This document shows, in pieces, positions 27,428 to 36,351 of a stretch of DNA of 59,339 nt. The notes under the pieces are model-generated. The model was not told where the DNA came from and searched no databases. It worked only from the letters and a program-made list of their open reading frames with translations. The stretch lies in contig JAJYLE010000001.1 of assembly GCA_021788025.1 (NCBI GenBank), positions 1 through 59,339 on the forward strand, written 5' to 3'. Position 1 is the stretch's first letter, and each line of letters begins with the position of its first letter. The stretch is from Nitrospirota bacterium. Its GTDB lineage: Bacteria > Nitrospirota > Thermodesulfovibrionia > Thermodesulfovibrionales > JdFR-88. A program made the translations under genes and the position numbers.

Positions 27428-29800
27428 TTATATATTCTCTATCATCTCCCTGATGCCACAGGGACACACGCCCGCGCAGAAGCCGCAACCGATACACTTG
27501 TCTGCGTCAACAATGTACTCGAACTGCCCGTCCGGTTTTTCTATCCTGGAGATCGCGCCCCAGTAGCATACGTTTTCGCACATGTGGCAGTCCCGGCAGG
27601 AGCCGCATGAGAGGCACCTTGCCGCGTCCTTCTCCGGCTCGCCGGTCTCAGTGACGCAACGCTCGTAATACGCCGTCTTAACCCGCCCGTAAGGGATGGG
27701 GGTTGTCACCTCGGACATATAGTCATAATGCATCAGCTCGGAGTGCAGCCGCAAAGCCACCTCGCGCCCGGCTCCGATAGCGTGCGTAACCAGGCCGGGT
27801 TTTGTTGCGTCCCCAATCGCAAAGACTTTAGGGTCTGTTGTGCGGCCTGTCTCGTCCACACGCACCCAGCTTCCCTTTACCCTGTCTATTGTCTCCGGAA
27901 GAAAGCCCGTTATAGGGGTCTCGCCTATGGCCACTATTACGAGGCTGGCCTCAAGGGAGCTTCCATCCTTAAAGTAAATGGTCTTTTCTTTCTTGTCGTA
28001 TTTTTCCGTGACCTTGGGCCAGAGTATCTTTGTCCCTAGCGCCGCGGCCGCGTCCATTTCCTTGCCGAAGGCGGCAGGCTTCTGCACGTCAACAGCCGTT
28101 ACGGATTCCGCACCAAGCCGCCACGCCTCGCATGCCGCGTCCATGCCCACGTTGCCCGCCCCTATTACTACCACGTGCTTCTTCTTAAGCACAGGGGCCT
28201 TCTCCGCGTTTATCCCTTTCAGGAAATCATAGGCGGATATGGCGGCATCAGCAGAGCCTTCAAAAGGAATCATCCTCGGCGCGTGCGCACCGCAGGCCAC
28301 TATTACAGCCTCGTGGTCCTTGTATATCTTTTCGAATTTTTTATTATCAATCTTGTTTTTCAGGTTTACCTTTACACCGATCTCCTGGAACCTCTCCAGT
28401 TCCTTCCGGAGTACGGCTTGCGGCAGCCTCTCACGCGGAATGCAAAGCTCCAGCTTGCCGCCAAGCTTGGCCGCCTCCTCATAAAGGTCCACTGTATGCC
28501 CCTTGAGGGCCAGTTGCCATGCTGCCGAGAGCCCGCCGGGGCCGCCGCCGATAACGGCTATCTTGTGGCCGGTTTTTTTGGCCGGTTTGGGGGCCTTAAG
28601 AGAAAGAGAAAGCGCTCCAAGCGCGCTGATGTCTACCGGCTTATCGATATAAAGTCCACGCGTGCAAGCCTGCATACAGGGGTTCGGGCACACCTGGCCG
28701 CAGACGGTGGCAGGAAGAGGGCTATACTCCAGCGCCAGATCCAATGCCTCTACGAATTTTCCCTGCCGTATAAGCGCCGTGCGCTTATGGGTAGGTATAT
28801 GGGTTGGGCAGTTATAAGCGCACGGCGGATTGTACTTGCCGTTTGCCCATACGGGCTTGTTCCGTCTTTCCGTGCCTGTGGTTATATACGGAAGAAGGCT
28901 TCTTTCATGATCCAGATACGGCGCAAAGATGCCCCCTTCACCCACTTCCTTGTCCCATGCGCTTACCCTGAAATCGGAGAAGGTGCGCGCCTTCTTTTTG
29001 AGCGCGTTTTTTTCAGCCGGGGTATGGGCTACAAGTTTTTTCCAGTCGTTTCTGTTTTTTGTTAGTTCCCTGTAATAATCTTTTCTGTCTATTGCTTCAA
29101 GGTAGGGACGCATGTTTTCCGTAAGCCATGCCCAATCCTCATCGGTCAGCTCCGCAAGCCTTACGTCCCCTGCGCTGTAACCTCTTATCGGCCCCCTGAA
29201 ATAGACAACGCCGCCCACCATGCCAACACATGGCCTGTACCCAAGGATATTATCCGGGTTTCTAGGGTCCACGCCGCAAATTACAGATATGCCGCCAGCC
29301 TTGAACTCGGCAAAGGAATCACCAACGTTCCTGAAATACCAGGACTGCGGAGGGGCGAACCTGGGGTTATGTTTTGTAAGGGTATCGCATCGTGCGCCCG
29401 CGCCGCCCTGAACGTAAAGAACACCCTGGGCCGCCGCGTTGTGAGCGCCATTTGTAACATCCCCAAGCACTGTTATTCTGGAGCCGCAATTTATCCAGCC
29501 CACGTCATCGGAAGCGCTGCCGTGGACGATTATCTCCGTGCCTTCCATGCCCATGCTGCCAAGGCGCTGGCCTACAGGCCCTTCAACCTTCACATGGACG
29601 GTGCCGTTATGATGGTCTCCGCGGGGCCATATGCGCCCGCCAATGCCGTGCTGGCCGTCTGCGATCACGTAAAGTTCGCGCGCGCCTTCCTTTATCGCAT
29701 TCTGGATTCGTTCTTCCAGAACCCTGGATGATACACGCTGGCCGTCTATCTTGCCGTTTATAATTTTTTCTTCTTTATGAGTCTTCTCTTTAGCAGACAT
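27428..29800 (-). CDS. Glutamate synthase GXGXG (GltB C-terminal) domain fused to a GltD-like NAD(P)H/FAD oxidoreductase and a 2x[4Fe-4S] ferredoxin domain
   Basis: 790 aa. The N-terminus has GQHGIGG...GSASDDVGW...GGAGARC beta-helix repeats. The middle has IAVIGGGPGGLSAA and VVVIGAGNVGMDAA dinucleotide folds. The C-terminus has CLSCGSCRDCHMC and CIGCGFCAGVCP. Confidence 0.8.
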   Translation of the reverse strand: MSAKEKTHKEEKIINGKIDGQRVSSRVLEERIQNAIKEGARELYVIADGQHGIGGRIWPRGDHHNGTVHVKVEGPVGQRLGSMGMEGTEIIVHGSASDDVGWINCGSRITVLGDVTNGAHNAAAQGVLYVQGGAGARCDTLTKHNPRFAPPQSWYFRNVGDSFAEFKAGGISVICGVDPRNPDNILGYRPCVGMVGGVVYFRGPIRGYSAGDVRLAELTDEDWAWLTENMRPYLEAIDRKDYYRELTKNRNDWKKLVAHTPAEKNALKKKARTFSDFRVSAWDKEVGEGGIFAPYLDHERSLLPYITTGTERRNKPVWANGKYNPPCAYNCPTHIPTHKRTALIRQGKFVEALDLALEYSPLPATVCGQVCPNPCMQACTRGLYIDKPVDISALGALSLSLKAPKPAKKTGHKIAVIGGGPGGLSAAWQLALKGHTVDLYEEAAKLGGKLELCIPRERLPQAVLRKELERFQEIGVKVNLKNKIDNKKFEKIYKDHEAVIVACGAHAPRMIPFEGSADAAISAYDFLKGINAEKAPVLKKKHVVVIGAGNVGMDAACEAWRLGAESVTAVDVQKPAAFGKEMDAAAALGTKILWPKVTEKYDKKEKTIYFKDGSSLEASLVIVAIGETPITGFLPETIDRVKGSWVRVDETGRTTDPKVFAIGDATKPGLVTHAIGAGREVALRLHSELMHYDYMSEVTTPIPYGRVKTAYYERCVTETGEPEKDAARCLSCGSCRDCHMCENVCYWGAISRIEKPDGQFEYIVDADKCIGCGFCAGVCPCGIREMIENI

Positions 29801-31454
29801 AGCTTATACCCAGTTTTCTGGCTATTTCTTCGTTGCCCGCGCTCAGGCCGTCGGACATGCCGATAGGCAGCTCCGTGCTTCTTCCCATGGGGGCAAATAT
29901 CTTTTTCAGTTCGACATCCGCCGCTTTGAATACGTCCACAAGCCTCTCGGCAACCTTCTCGGAGTCCAGCCTCCTGTAGAGTTTGGGGTCCTGCGTGGTT
30001 ATGCCGCGCGGGCACCTGCCGGTATTGCAGAGGTTGCAGCGGTTATTCTCGTCTCCAAGGCAGTCTGCTGTCGCCTGCATCACGTACTTGCCTATGGAAG
30101 CCGCTGACGCTCCAAGCATTATAAGCGCCGCCACGTTGGCTGCCAGGTTTCCTTTTTTGCCTACGCCTCCGGCCGCGATTATTGGAAGCTCGTTCTGTTT
30201 GCCCTGCTTTACCAGGTCCAGATAGCATTCGCGGATGTTGGAGGCTATGGGGTGGCCCATCTTGTCCATGGACACGTTATAAGCCGCGCCTGTACCGCCG
30301 TCCTCGCCATCTATGGAGAGAGCGGCTGCGTAAGGGTTTCTTGCCAGGTTGTTCAAAACGGCCCTTGCCGTTTTCGTTCCGGAAATTTTTGGATACACCG
30401 GTACCCTGAAGCCCCACGCCATGGACATGGACTGTATCATCTTGGCCACGGCCTCTTCTATGGAGTACTTCGTCTGATGCGTGGGCGGCGAAGCCAGATC
30501 CACCCTCATGGGCACGCCTCTTATCTCTGAAATGAGCTTCAAAACTTTATAGGACATCAGGAGGCCGCCATCGCCGGGCTTCGCGCCCTGGCCGTACTTT
30601 ATCTCTATCGCGGCGGGGTCCTCTACCATATCAGGAAGCGCCCGCACAATCTCGTCCCAGCCGAAATAGCCCGAAGCAATCTGCAGGATAAAATACTTAA
30701 AGAAACGGGACTTTAAAAGCCTGGGGGGCATGCCGCCCTCGCCGGAGGCCATCACCACTGGCATCCCCAGTTCCTCGTTTAAATAAGCAACACCCATGGC
30801 AAGCCCTTCCCACATCGGCGGGGAAAGCGCGCCAACGGACATGCTGCCGATCATTATCGGGTATATCTCCCTTACGGGAGGAATGAAAATATCGGAATTT
30901 TTGTCCACAACCAGCATGCCGTTTTCGGCCTTCAGAGGCATGGACTCCGGCGGCAGTATCCGGCCTAAAAACGTTCGCAGGTGGAACTCGTGCCTGCCAG
31001 CGTCCAAAGCGGGGTCCGTAAGCATCGAGATGCGGGTGAATTTTAGCTGATCCAAAGTAGAGGGGGTGGGGTCGTTCCTTCTGCCGCCCCTCTTGTATGC
31101 ATCCCCGGCCCTGTTTTTATAGAACAGGAATTTGTGATTGGGGTTAAACTCCGGCGTTATTGCCTCGTTAGGGCAAACCAGAGAGCACATCGCGCAGCCC
31201 ACGCAGTATCTGTCTATGTCGTGCACCTGCTTTACTATCTGTGTCACCCGGCGGGTTACTGAAGGGTTGGGGATGGGCCCCTCGGAACCGGCCACGCGGT
31301 CCACCCTTAAATCCGGCACAATGGCCTTTACCGGGCAGACCGCCGTGCACTGGCCGCAGCGCTTGCAACGGTCGTCCCGCCACTGGATTATATAAGGGAA
31401 TTCCTTGAGTGTAAGCTCGTGGTTGACGTCTAGTTTCCCTTTAACTGGTTCCAA
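29790..31454 (-). CDS. Glutamate synthase FMN-binding (GltB central) subunit with N-terminal ferredoxin domain, archaeal type
   Basis: 554 aa with CKRCGQCTAVCP and CVGCAMCSLVCP, then the GltS FMN-domain pattern (IGSMSVGALS, KISG, IDGEDGGTGAA, IIAAGGV). Confidence 0.85.
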   Translation of the reverse strand: MEPVKGKLDVNHELTLKEFPYIIQWRDDRCKRCGQCTAVCPVKAIVPDLRVDRVAGSEGPIPNPSVTRRVTQIVKQVHDIDRYCVGCAMCSLVCPNEAITPEFNPNHKFLFYKNRAGDAYKRGGRRNDPTPSTLDQLKFTRISMLTDPALDAGRHEFHLRTFLGRILPPESMPLKAENGMLVVDKNSDIFIPPVREIYPIMIGSMSVGALSPPMWEGLAMGVAYLNEELGMPVVMASGEGGMPPRLLKSRFFKYFILQIASGYFGWDEIVRALPDMVEDPAAIEIKYGQGAKPGDGGLLMSYKVLKLISEIRGVPMRVDLASPPTHQTKYSIEEAVAKMIQSMSMAWGFRVPVYPKISGTKTARAVLNNLARNPYAAALSIDGEDGGTGAAYNVSMDKMGHPIASNIRECYLDLVKQGKQNELPIIAAGGVGKKGNLAANVAALIMLGASAASIGKYVMQATADCLGDENNRCNLCNTGRCPRGITTQDPKLYRRLDSEKVAERLVDVFKAADVELKKIFAPMGRSTELPIGMSDGLSAGNEEIARKLGISYVC

Positions 31455-32542
31455 ACCTTTACCTCCTGGGCCCCCGGAGAGATCATTACAAAATCGTATT
31501 TCATCGGAAAGATATCTTTGGCCCTGTCCCTTTCAGGAATGGCCGAATCTACTCCGCATTCCTCCGACATAAGCGCGTATTTGCCTTTTACACCCCCAAC
31601 CGCGCCGGGGCGCAGCTTCTTGGAGTCCTGCACCATGAAGCATGTGCCATCAGGGGTGAAGCCTATTATGCAATTGGGGCCGTCTATCACAAGCATCCTC
31701 AAAGACTGCCTCATCAGAAGCAGGGCGTCCTTGTCCGGCCGGCCTTCCATTTCGGCCCGCTTAAGCGGCGTGATAACGTCCTTATAGTAAGGCATGGGGA
31801 AGCCAAGCCTCTTGGTCGTGTAGTGCAATATGTGCGTGAAGACCTCGCTGTCGCTCTGATAACCGATATAGCCGGGGAACCCCCTGCTCATCAAATACTC
31901 CCTTATCGGGACGAAAGCGGTGTTCTCGCCGTTGGTCATGGTGCCGATACCCTGGATGAAAAAGGGATGGCATGCGTACAGGTTTATGGCGTAGTTGGTG
32001 TTCTGCCTGCCCTGGGCAAGGACAATCTTCGCCTTAAGGTCGCCTTTTTCCAGCCCGAAGTATTCGGCAAGCATGAGCGGGTCGCCAACTTCCTTTAACG
32101 TGAGCACATCCGGATAGAAGGAAAACACCGTTATGGACTCGTCCTTATCGCCTAGTTTGCGAAGAGCAATCCTGGTTTCAAGAAGAAGGGCTTCCTTCTG
32201 CTCCCATGGCCTTTCCTTTATTCCAGCCGGATACTCATAGAACTTGGTGAAATAGTGGTCACGCCTGGTTATCTGCGGCAATGGTTTTACATCGGGCTCC
32301 CAGCAGTGCACCTCGCGCCAGCCGCGTGAGGACATGAATTCGTCCAGCGTTTTTAACCCATCATTGGAGCAGATGCCCGAAAGGGCCGGGTATTCCTTAA
32401 GATTCTCAGCGAATCCCCCAAGGGATTTCAGCATCAAACCCATCCCGGAGCCGTCGTGGCCCTCCTTCATGGTCTCCAAGGCATGGACATTCTCCAGAGG
32501 TGAAAAGTACTCCGAAGCCGTTATGGCAGCTAATCGACACAT
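31430..32542 (-). CDS. Class-II (Ntn) glutamine amidotransferase subunit of archaeal-type glutamate synthase
   Basis: 370 aa starting MCRLAAI, with the catalytic Cys directly after the Met. The GltB N-terminal amidotransferase-like sequence overlaps the next gene by 25 nt. Confidence 0.8.
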   Translation of the reverse strand: MCRLAAITASEYFSPLENVHALETMKEGHDGSGMGLMLKSLGGFAENLKEYPALSGICSNDGLKTLDEFMSSRGWREVHCWEPDVKPLPQITRRDHYFTKFYEYPAGIKERPWEQKEALLLETRIALRKLGDKDESITVFSFYPDVLTLKEVGDPLMLAEYFGLEKGDLKAKIVLAQGRQNTNYAINLYACHPFFIQGIGTMTNGENTAFVPIREYLMSRGFPGYIGYQSDSEVFTHILHYTTKRLGFPMPYYKDVITPLKRAEMEGRPDKDALLLMRQSLRMLVIDGPNCIIGFTPDGTCFMVQDSKKLRPGAVGGVKGKYALMSEECGVDSAIPERDRAKDIFPMKYDFVMISPGAQEVKVWNQLKGN

Positions 32543-32649
32543 CTATAATAGGGCCCCTTATCTCAGGTATAGGCATTTACAGCCGTCTTTTAATATAAAA
32601 AGCCGCCTTTCCGTTTGTCAATGAACAAAAACACGTCTATCATTTAGGA

Positions 32650-33171
32650 ATGAAAGCCCGGCTGTTTGTCCTGTTTCGCCCTTTGTGCCGCAATATGGCA
32701 ATTGCGTGCTGCCTTTTGCTGGCTTCCGGGTGCGCCTGCCGCATGCTTGGCTCCAGGGTAATGGCCCTGCCCAGAACACTTCCCGGCTATTACATGGCCA
32801 TACTTTACGGCGGAAAACCCGGCGAGCAGAGGAACACGGCCATAATACTGGCTGCGGAAAACAGCGGATATTCTTTTGAAATTTCAAGCCTCAGCCATAG
32901 CCATTACACTACAATGCAACATGTGAGGGGGGACGAAGTGGCTGCGCTGGCCAGCAATATTGTCCCTTATTTCATAAAATCCACAAGCATACAATTCAAG
33001 AGGATAATGGACGAAAGCGGGCAGAAGGTGATCGGCTATGAGATCACCCCGTTTGGCTTCACGCTGGTCCCGGCGGAGCCGCCTTCAATCACCTATGAAC
33101 TTTGCAAAAAAGGTGTTGTGAAGGTGATGATCTGGCCCAGCCCGGATGTGGAAAGAAGACAGGAGAGCTAG
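32650..33171 (+). CDS. Hypothetical lipoprotein, paralogue 1
   Basis: 173 aa with the signal/lipobox-like segment CCLLLASGCA. It shares blocks with the ORF at 33856 (GQKVIGYEITPFGF vs GQLIGYEIRPLYQPF; ITYEL.KKGVVKVMI vs TSYTLKGKTVSMYVEI). Confidence 0.5.
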   Translation: MKARLFVLFRPLCRNMAIACCLLLASGCACRMLGSRVMALPRTLPGYYMAILYGGKPGEQRNTAIILAAENSGYSFEISSLSHSHYTTMQHVRGDEVAALASNIVPYFIKSTSIQFKRIMDESGQKVIGYEITPFGFTLVPAEPPSITYELCKKGVVKVMIWPSPDVERRQES

Positions 33172-33206
33172 GCCGGATGGACTTTTTGTTATGGATTTCC
33201 TAATAT

Positions 33207-33791
33207 TTGGCTAAGGCAACTCTATCTAACCAGAGGAGGGCGGCACTGAAAGCACTGGCCTTAACATCCTTAATTTTTTTGATGGTGGTGACTATCATGG
33301 ACATTAAATCAGGAACGGCAGAAACGGCAACAGCAGCTGCAACAAAAACCGCATTTTCCATTTCAAGCCCCGCATTCAAGGACCGGGGCGACATCCCTGG
33401 CAAATACACCTGCAAAGGCGAGGACGTAAGCCCGCCCCTTGTTATCAGGAACGTGCCGGAAGGTACAAAATCCCTTGCGCTTATCGTGGACGACCCCGAT
33501 GCGCCGGCCCACGTATGGACCCACTGGCTGGTCTGGAACATCAGGCCGGATACGGGCAAGATAGAATCTGGCGATGCCCCCTCCGGGTCGGTTGTGGGGA
33601 TTAATGATTTCCGCAGGAACGATTACGGCGGCCCATGCCCCCCTTCAGGCACACACAGGTACTTCTTCAAACTGTATGCGCTTGGTAAGATGCTGGACCT
33701 AAAGACCGGGGCGACAAAGGAAGATCTGGAATCCGCCATGCGCGGCCATATAATCCAGAGCACTCAGATAGTGGGGTTGTTTTCAAAGTAA
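33207..33791 (+). CDS. YbhB/YbcL-family PEBP (Raf-kinase-inhibitor-like) protein with Tat-like signal peptide
   Basis: 194 aa from a TTG start. NQRRAALKALALTSLIFLMVV resembles a twin-arginine signal. PEBP motifs are present (LIVDDPDAP, WTHWLVWNI, YGGPCPPSGTHRYFFKLYAL). Confidence 0.85.
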   Translation: MAKATLSNQRRAALKALALTSLIFLMVVTIMDIKSGTAETATAAATKTAFSISSPAFKDRGDIPGKYTCKGEDVSPPLVIRNVPEGTKSLALIVDDPDAPAHVWTHWLVWNIRPDTGKIESGDAPSGSVVGINDFRRNDYGGPCPPSGTHRYFFKLYALGKMLDLKTGATKEDLESAMRGHIIQSTQIVGLFSK

Positions 33792-33855
33792 GGTCTTTTT
33801 ATTTTTAGCCCGGGTATTCCAGCAACAGACGGGGAGCCCTGGAAAGTGTGATTGA

Positions 33856-34398
33856 ATGAAGCGTCTAAATCCCATTGCCGGAATACCGTTATGCCTCTTT
33901 ATGCTGGCAGCGTGCGGCCTTGGCGCTTCGCTGCGCAGCCAGCCCGCCAGGGAAATAGCGCCCTCTGAAATTTACAACGTAATCTTTTACGGCAACAGAT
34001 ACGTGGGGGACCTGGAGACCGTGGTTTTTTTGAAGCCGGCTTCCTCCCCATTTATTGTAAAACCAAAGTCGTCCATCTATTACTCCATCGTAAATGGCAT
34101 CTCCGCGCCTGTTGCCATAAAAAAGGCGGAAGCGTTCTTTCAATCCAACCCCAACTACACGGGTATCTCTAAAAACAGGATTTCCGTTGCGTCCACCGGT
34201 CAGTTGATCGGCTACGAGATAAGGCCGCTTTACCAGCCTTTTGTCTACGGGATGCCCGACGTGCTTACCACCAGCTACACGCTGAAAGGCAAAACGGTGA
34301 GCATGTACGTTGAGATTAATCCCTTTTTGAAAAACCGCAGGTTTTCCGGGGGCAACGTTGAGGAAGGCGGCCGCGACGCTGGCGGGATACCCAGATAG
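33856..34398 (+). CDS. Hypothetical lipoprotein, paralogue 2
   Basis: 180 aa with lipobox FMLAAC. It is a paralogue of the ORF at 32650. Confidence 0.55.
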   Translation: MKRLNPIAGIPLCLFMLAACGLGASLRSQPAREIAPSEIYNVIFYGNRYVGDLETVVFLKPASSPFIVKPKSSIYYSIVNGISAPVAIKKAEAFFQSNPNYTGISKNRISVASTGQLIGYEIRPLYQPFVYGMPDVLTTSYTLKGKTVSMYVEINPFLKNRRFSGGNVEEGGRDAGGIPR

Positions 34399-34399
34399 C

Positions 34400-35605
34400 T
34401 CAGTCTTCAGCGGCAAGAAAGGCGCACTTCAGGTATTCCGTCTCCGGTATGGGCAGAAGTACAGGATGGTCCACGGCTTGGGACCTTAAGTCCAGAAGCC
34501 TCAGGCTCCTGCCCGCCGCTCTTCCAGCTTCCCGCAACATCTCCACGAACTCCTCCCTGGCCACGTGATGGGAGCAGGAGGATGTGGCCAGCAGTCCGCC
34601 GCGCGCCAGAAGCCCCATCGAAAGTTCGTTTAATTCCTTGTACGCCTTTACCGCCTCCCGTGCCTTCTTTGCGCTTTTGGCGAAGGCGGGCGGATCCAGC
34701 ACTATGAAATCGAATTTTTCTCCGGCGGCCTTCTTTTCTTCCAGGAAATCAAAAACGTTGGCGTGAGCGAAATCAACCTTGTCCGGCACGTTATTCAACA
34801 TGGCGTTTTTACGTGCCAGGGCCAGCGCCTTTGCGGATTCATCCACAAAGGTAACATGGCCGCCGGACTTGCCGGCCAGGCTGATGCCCCAGCCACCCGA
34901 ATAACAAAAAAGGTCCAATCCCCGCCCTCCTGAAACCAGCTTGGCGAAGTGCGCCCGGTTTTCCCGCTGGTCCAGAAAGAAACCCGTCTTCTGCCCCCCA
35001 AGCACGTCTATTTCATAGGAGATTCCTTCTTCCGTTATAACGGGAGCGGGTTCGATATTGCCTTTTACAACCTCCTTGTACTGTGAGAGCCCCTCAAGCA
35101 GCCTGGAGCGGCTGTCGCTTCGAAGCGCAATGGCCCTGGGGCTTAAAAGTTCGTCCAGGGCGTTGATCACATAGTCTTTAAGCGCCTCCATACCGGCCGT
35201 AAGTATCTGGACTGATAGCACGTCTGCGTACTTGTCCACAACAAGGCCTGGCAGGTAGTCCGACTCCCCGAAGACCAGCCTTGTCCCGCCTTTGGGGCCA
35301 AGGGCTTCGGGCGGGGAAAATCTTTTTCTGAAAGATATCGCCTTTTCCAGCCGCCGTTTGATGAAGGCGTAATCTATCTTCCCGCGCCCTCGGCTGAGTA
35401 TGCGCACGGCTATAAGGCTTGCCGGGTTTACATAACCGGTGCCCAGGAAATTGCCTCTCATGTCCTCAAGCTCTACAATGGAGCCGGGCTCCAGCTCCTT
35501 TGGGCTTTGGGCAAGCTCGTTTGAAAATACCCAAAGATGGCCTGCGAGGAGGCGGCGCGTCTTTCTGAGGGTAATCGTTTGAAGAGTTCCGTTTGGCATC
35601 TGCAT
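34400..35605 (-). CDS. rlmI: Class I SAM-dependent rRNA (cytosine-C5) methyltransferase, RlmI-like (PUA + MTase)
   Basis: Open frame to 35698; I prefer the ATG at 35605 or 35599. Contains GHLWVFSNEL (PUA region), LDLFCYSGGWG and IVLDPPAFAKS motifs. Confidence 0.8.
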   Translation of the reverse strand: MQMPNGTLQTITLRKTRRLLAGHLWVFSNELAQSPKELEPGSIVELEDMRGNFLGTGYVNPASLIAVRILSRGRGKIDYAFIKRRLEKAISFRKRFSPPEALGPKGGTRLVFGESDYLPGLVVDKYADVLSVQILTAGMEALKDYVINALDELLSPRAIALRSDSRSRLLEGLSQYKEVVKGNIEPAPVITEEGISYEIDVLGGQKTGFFLDQRENRAHFAKLVSGGRGLDLFCYSGGWGISLAGKSGGHVTFVDESAKALALARKNAMLNNVPDKVDFAHANVFDFLEEKKAAGEKFDFIVLDPPAFAKSAKKAREAVKAYKELNELSMGLLARGGLLATSSCSHHVAREEFVEMLREAGRAAGRSLRLLDLRSQAVDHPVLLPIPETEYLKCAFLAAED

Positions 35606-35733
35606 ATTATAACCGGATACCGGATTTGGAAAAATGCCCAGCCTTTGATTGTCCGGGTTTGCTACGGCATCCAGCGGATTATCCTTTCCTTTTACCAATT
35701 GCGTGGTATCCTTCAGCTAAGGAGGGCAATGTA

Positions 35734-35889
35734 ATGAAAAATGTTGGCGGAAAGGATAAGATTTTAAGAGCCATAATTGGCACTGTCCTGATCCTGGTTG
35801 GGGCGTTCGCGGGCCTGGCTGAAGCCCTTATGGTTCTTTTTGTCGTTCTGGGTGTGATTGCCCTTGGTACGGCTATTACCGGGTTTTGA
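35734..35889 (+). CDS. DUF2892 (YgaP-like) small membrane protein
   Basis: 51 aa, MKNVGGKDKILRAIIGTVLILVGAF..., matching the NVG..DR.lR...G pattern. AAGGAGGG lies 6 nt upstream of the ATG. It lies inside the longer track ORF 35593-35889. Confidence 0.6.
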   Translation: MKNVGGKDKILRAIIGTVLILVGAFAGLAEALMVLFVVLGVIALGTAITGF

Positions 35890-35945
35890 CCGCTCTGGAA
35901 GGTGCTCGGGATAAGCACCTATAAAAAGAAACAGGCCTGAAAAGC

Positions 35946-36301
35946 TCAGTTGTCTGCCTTTATCGAAAACGCTGGCGGTATTATCGTCTCATGGCGGCAG
36001 ACAGGGCATCTGCCCGGCTTTGTCAGGCGCGCTCTTTTTTTAAACACGAAGCCGCACTTTTTGCATTGCGCGCGGGTAATTAGCGGGTAATTATCAGAAG
36101 GCCGTGCATTCCGCCCAGGCTCTTTTGGATGTGCTCAAGATGTCCGTAAACCTCTTTTTCGGAAATACTTATCTGCGGGGGAATGTCCTTTGCAGTAAGG
36201 ATTTGGCCTTTAAGCGCGGCCATTATCTCATGCCTTATGGTATCCGGGCCGCTCCAGAATTGGTGCTTCCCGTTTCTGCCGCATACCCCGCAGTATATCA
36301 T
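35946..36301 (-). pseudogene. HTH + Zn-ribbon transcriptional regulator (COG3357-like) interrupted by an 11-bp tandem duplication
   Basis: ORF 36080-36301 (HTH part, TIRHEIMAAL...EKEVYGHLEHIQKSL) ends at a TAA created inside the perfect direct repeat GCGGGTAATTA x2 (36072-36093). The Zn-ribbon part (AQCKKCGFVFKKRARLTKPGRCPVCRHE) continues in another frame to 35946. Removing one repeat unit restores a 114-aa frame. Confidence 0.6.
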
Positions 36302-36351
36302 GCCAATGCCGGTTTCCAGTTTTGGCGGGAATCACTTACAATAATCAGAAG

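Noticed and set aside
32543-32649. Sigma-54 promoter upstream of the glutamate synthase operon
   Set aside because: The only GG...GC candidate on the minus strand (GGCTGTAAATGC) has 8 nt between the GG and GC dinucleotides rather than the required 10.
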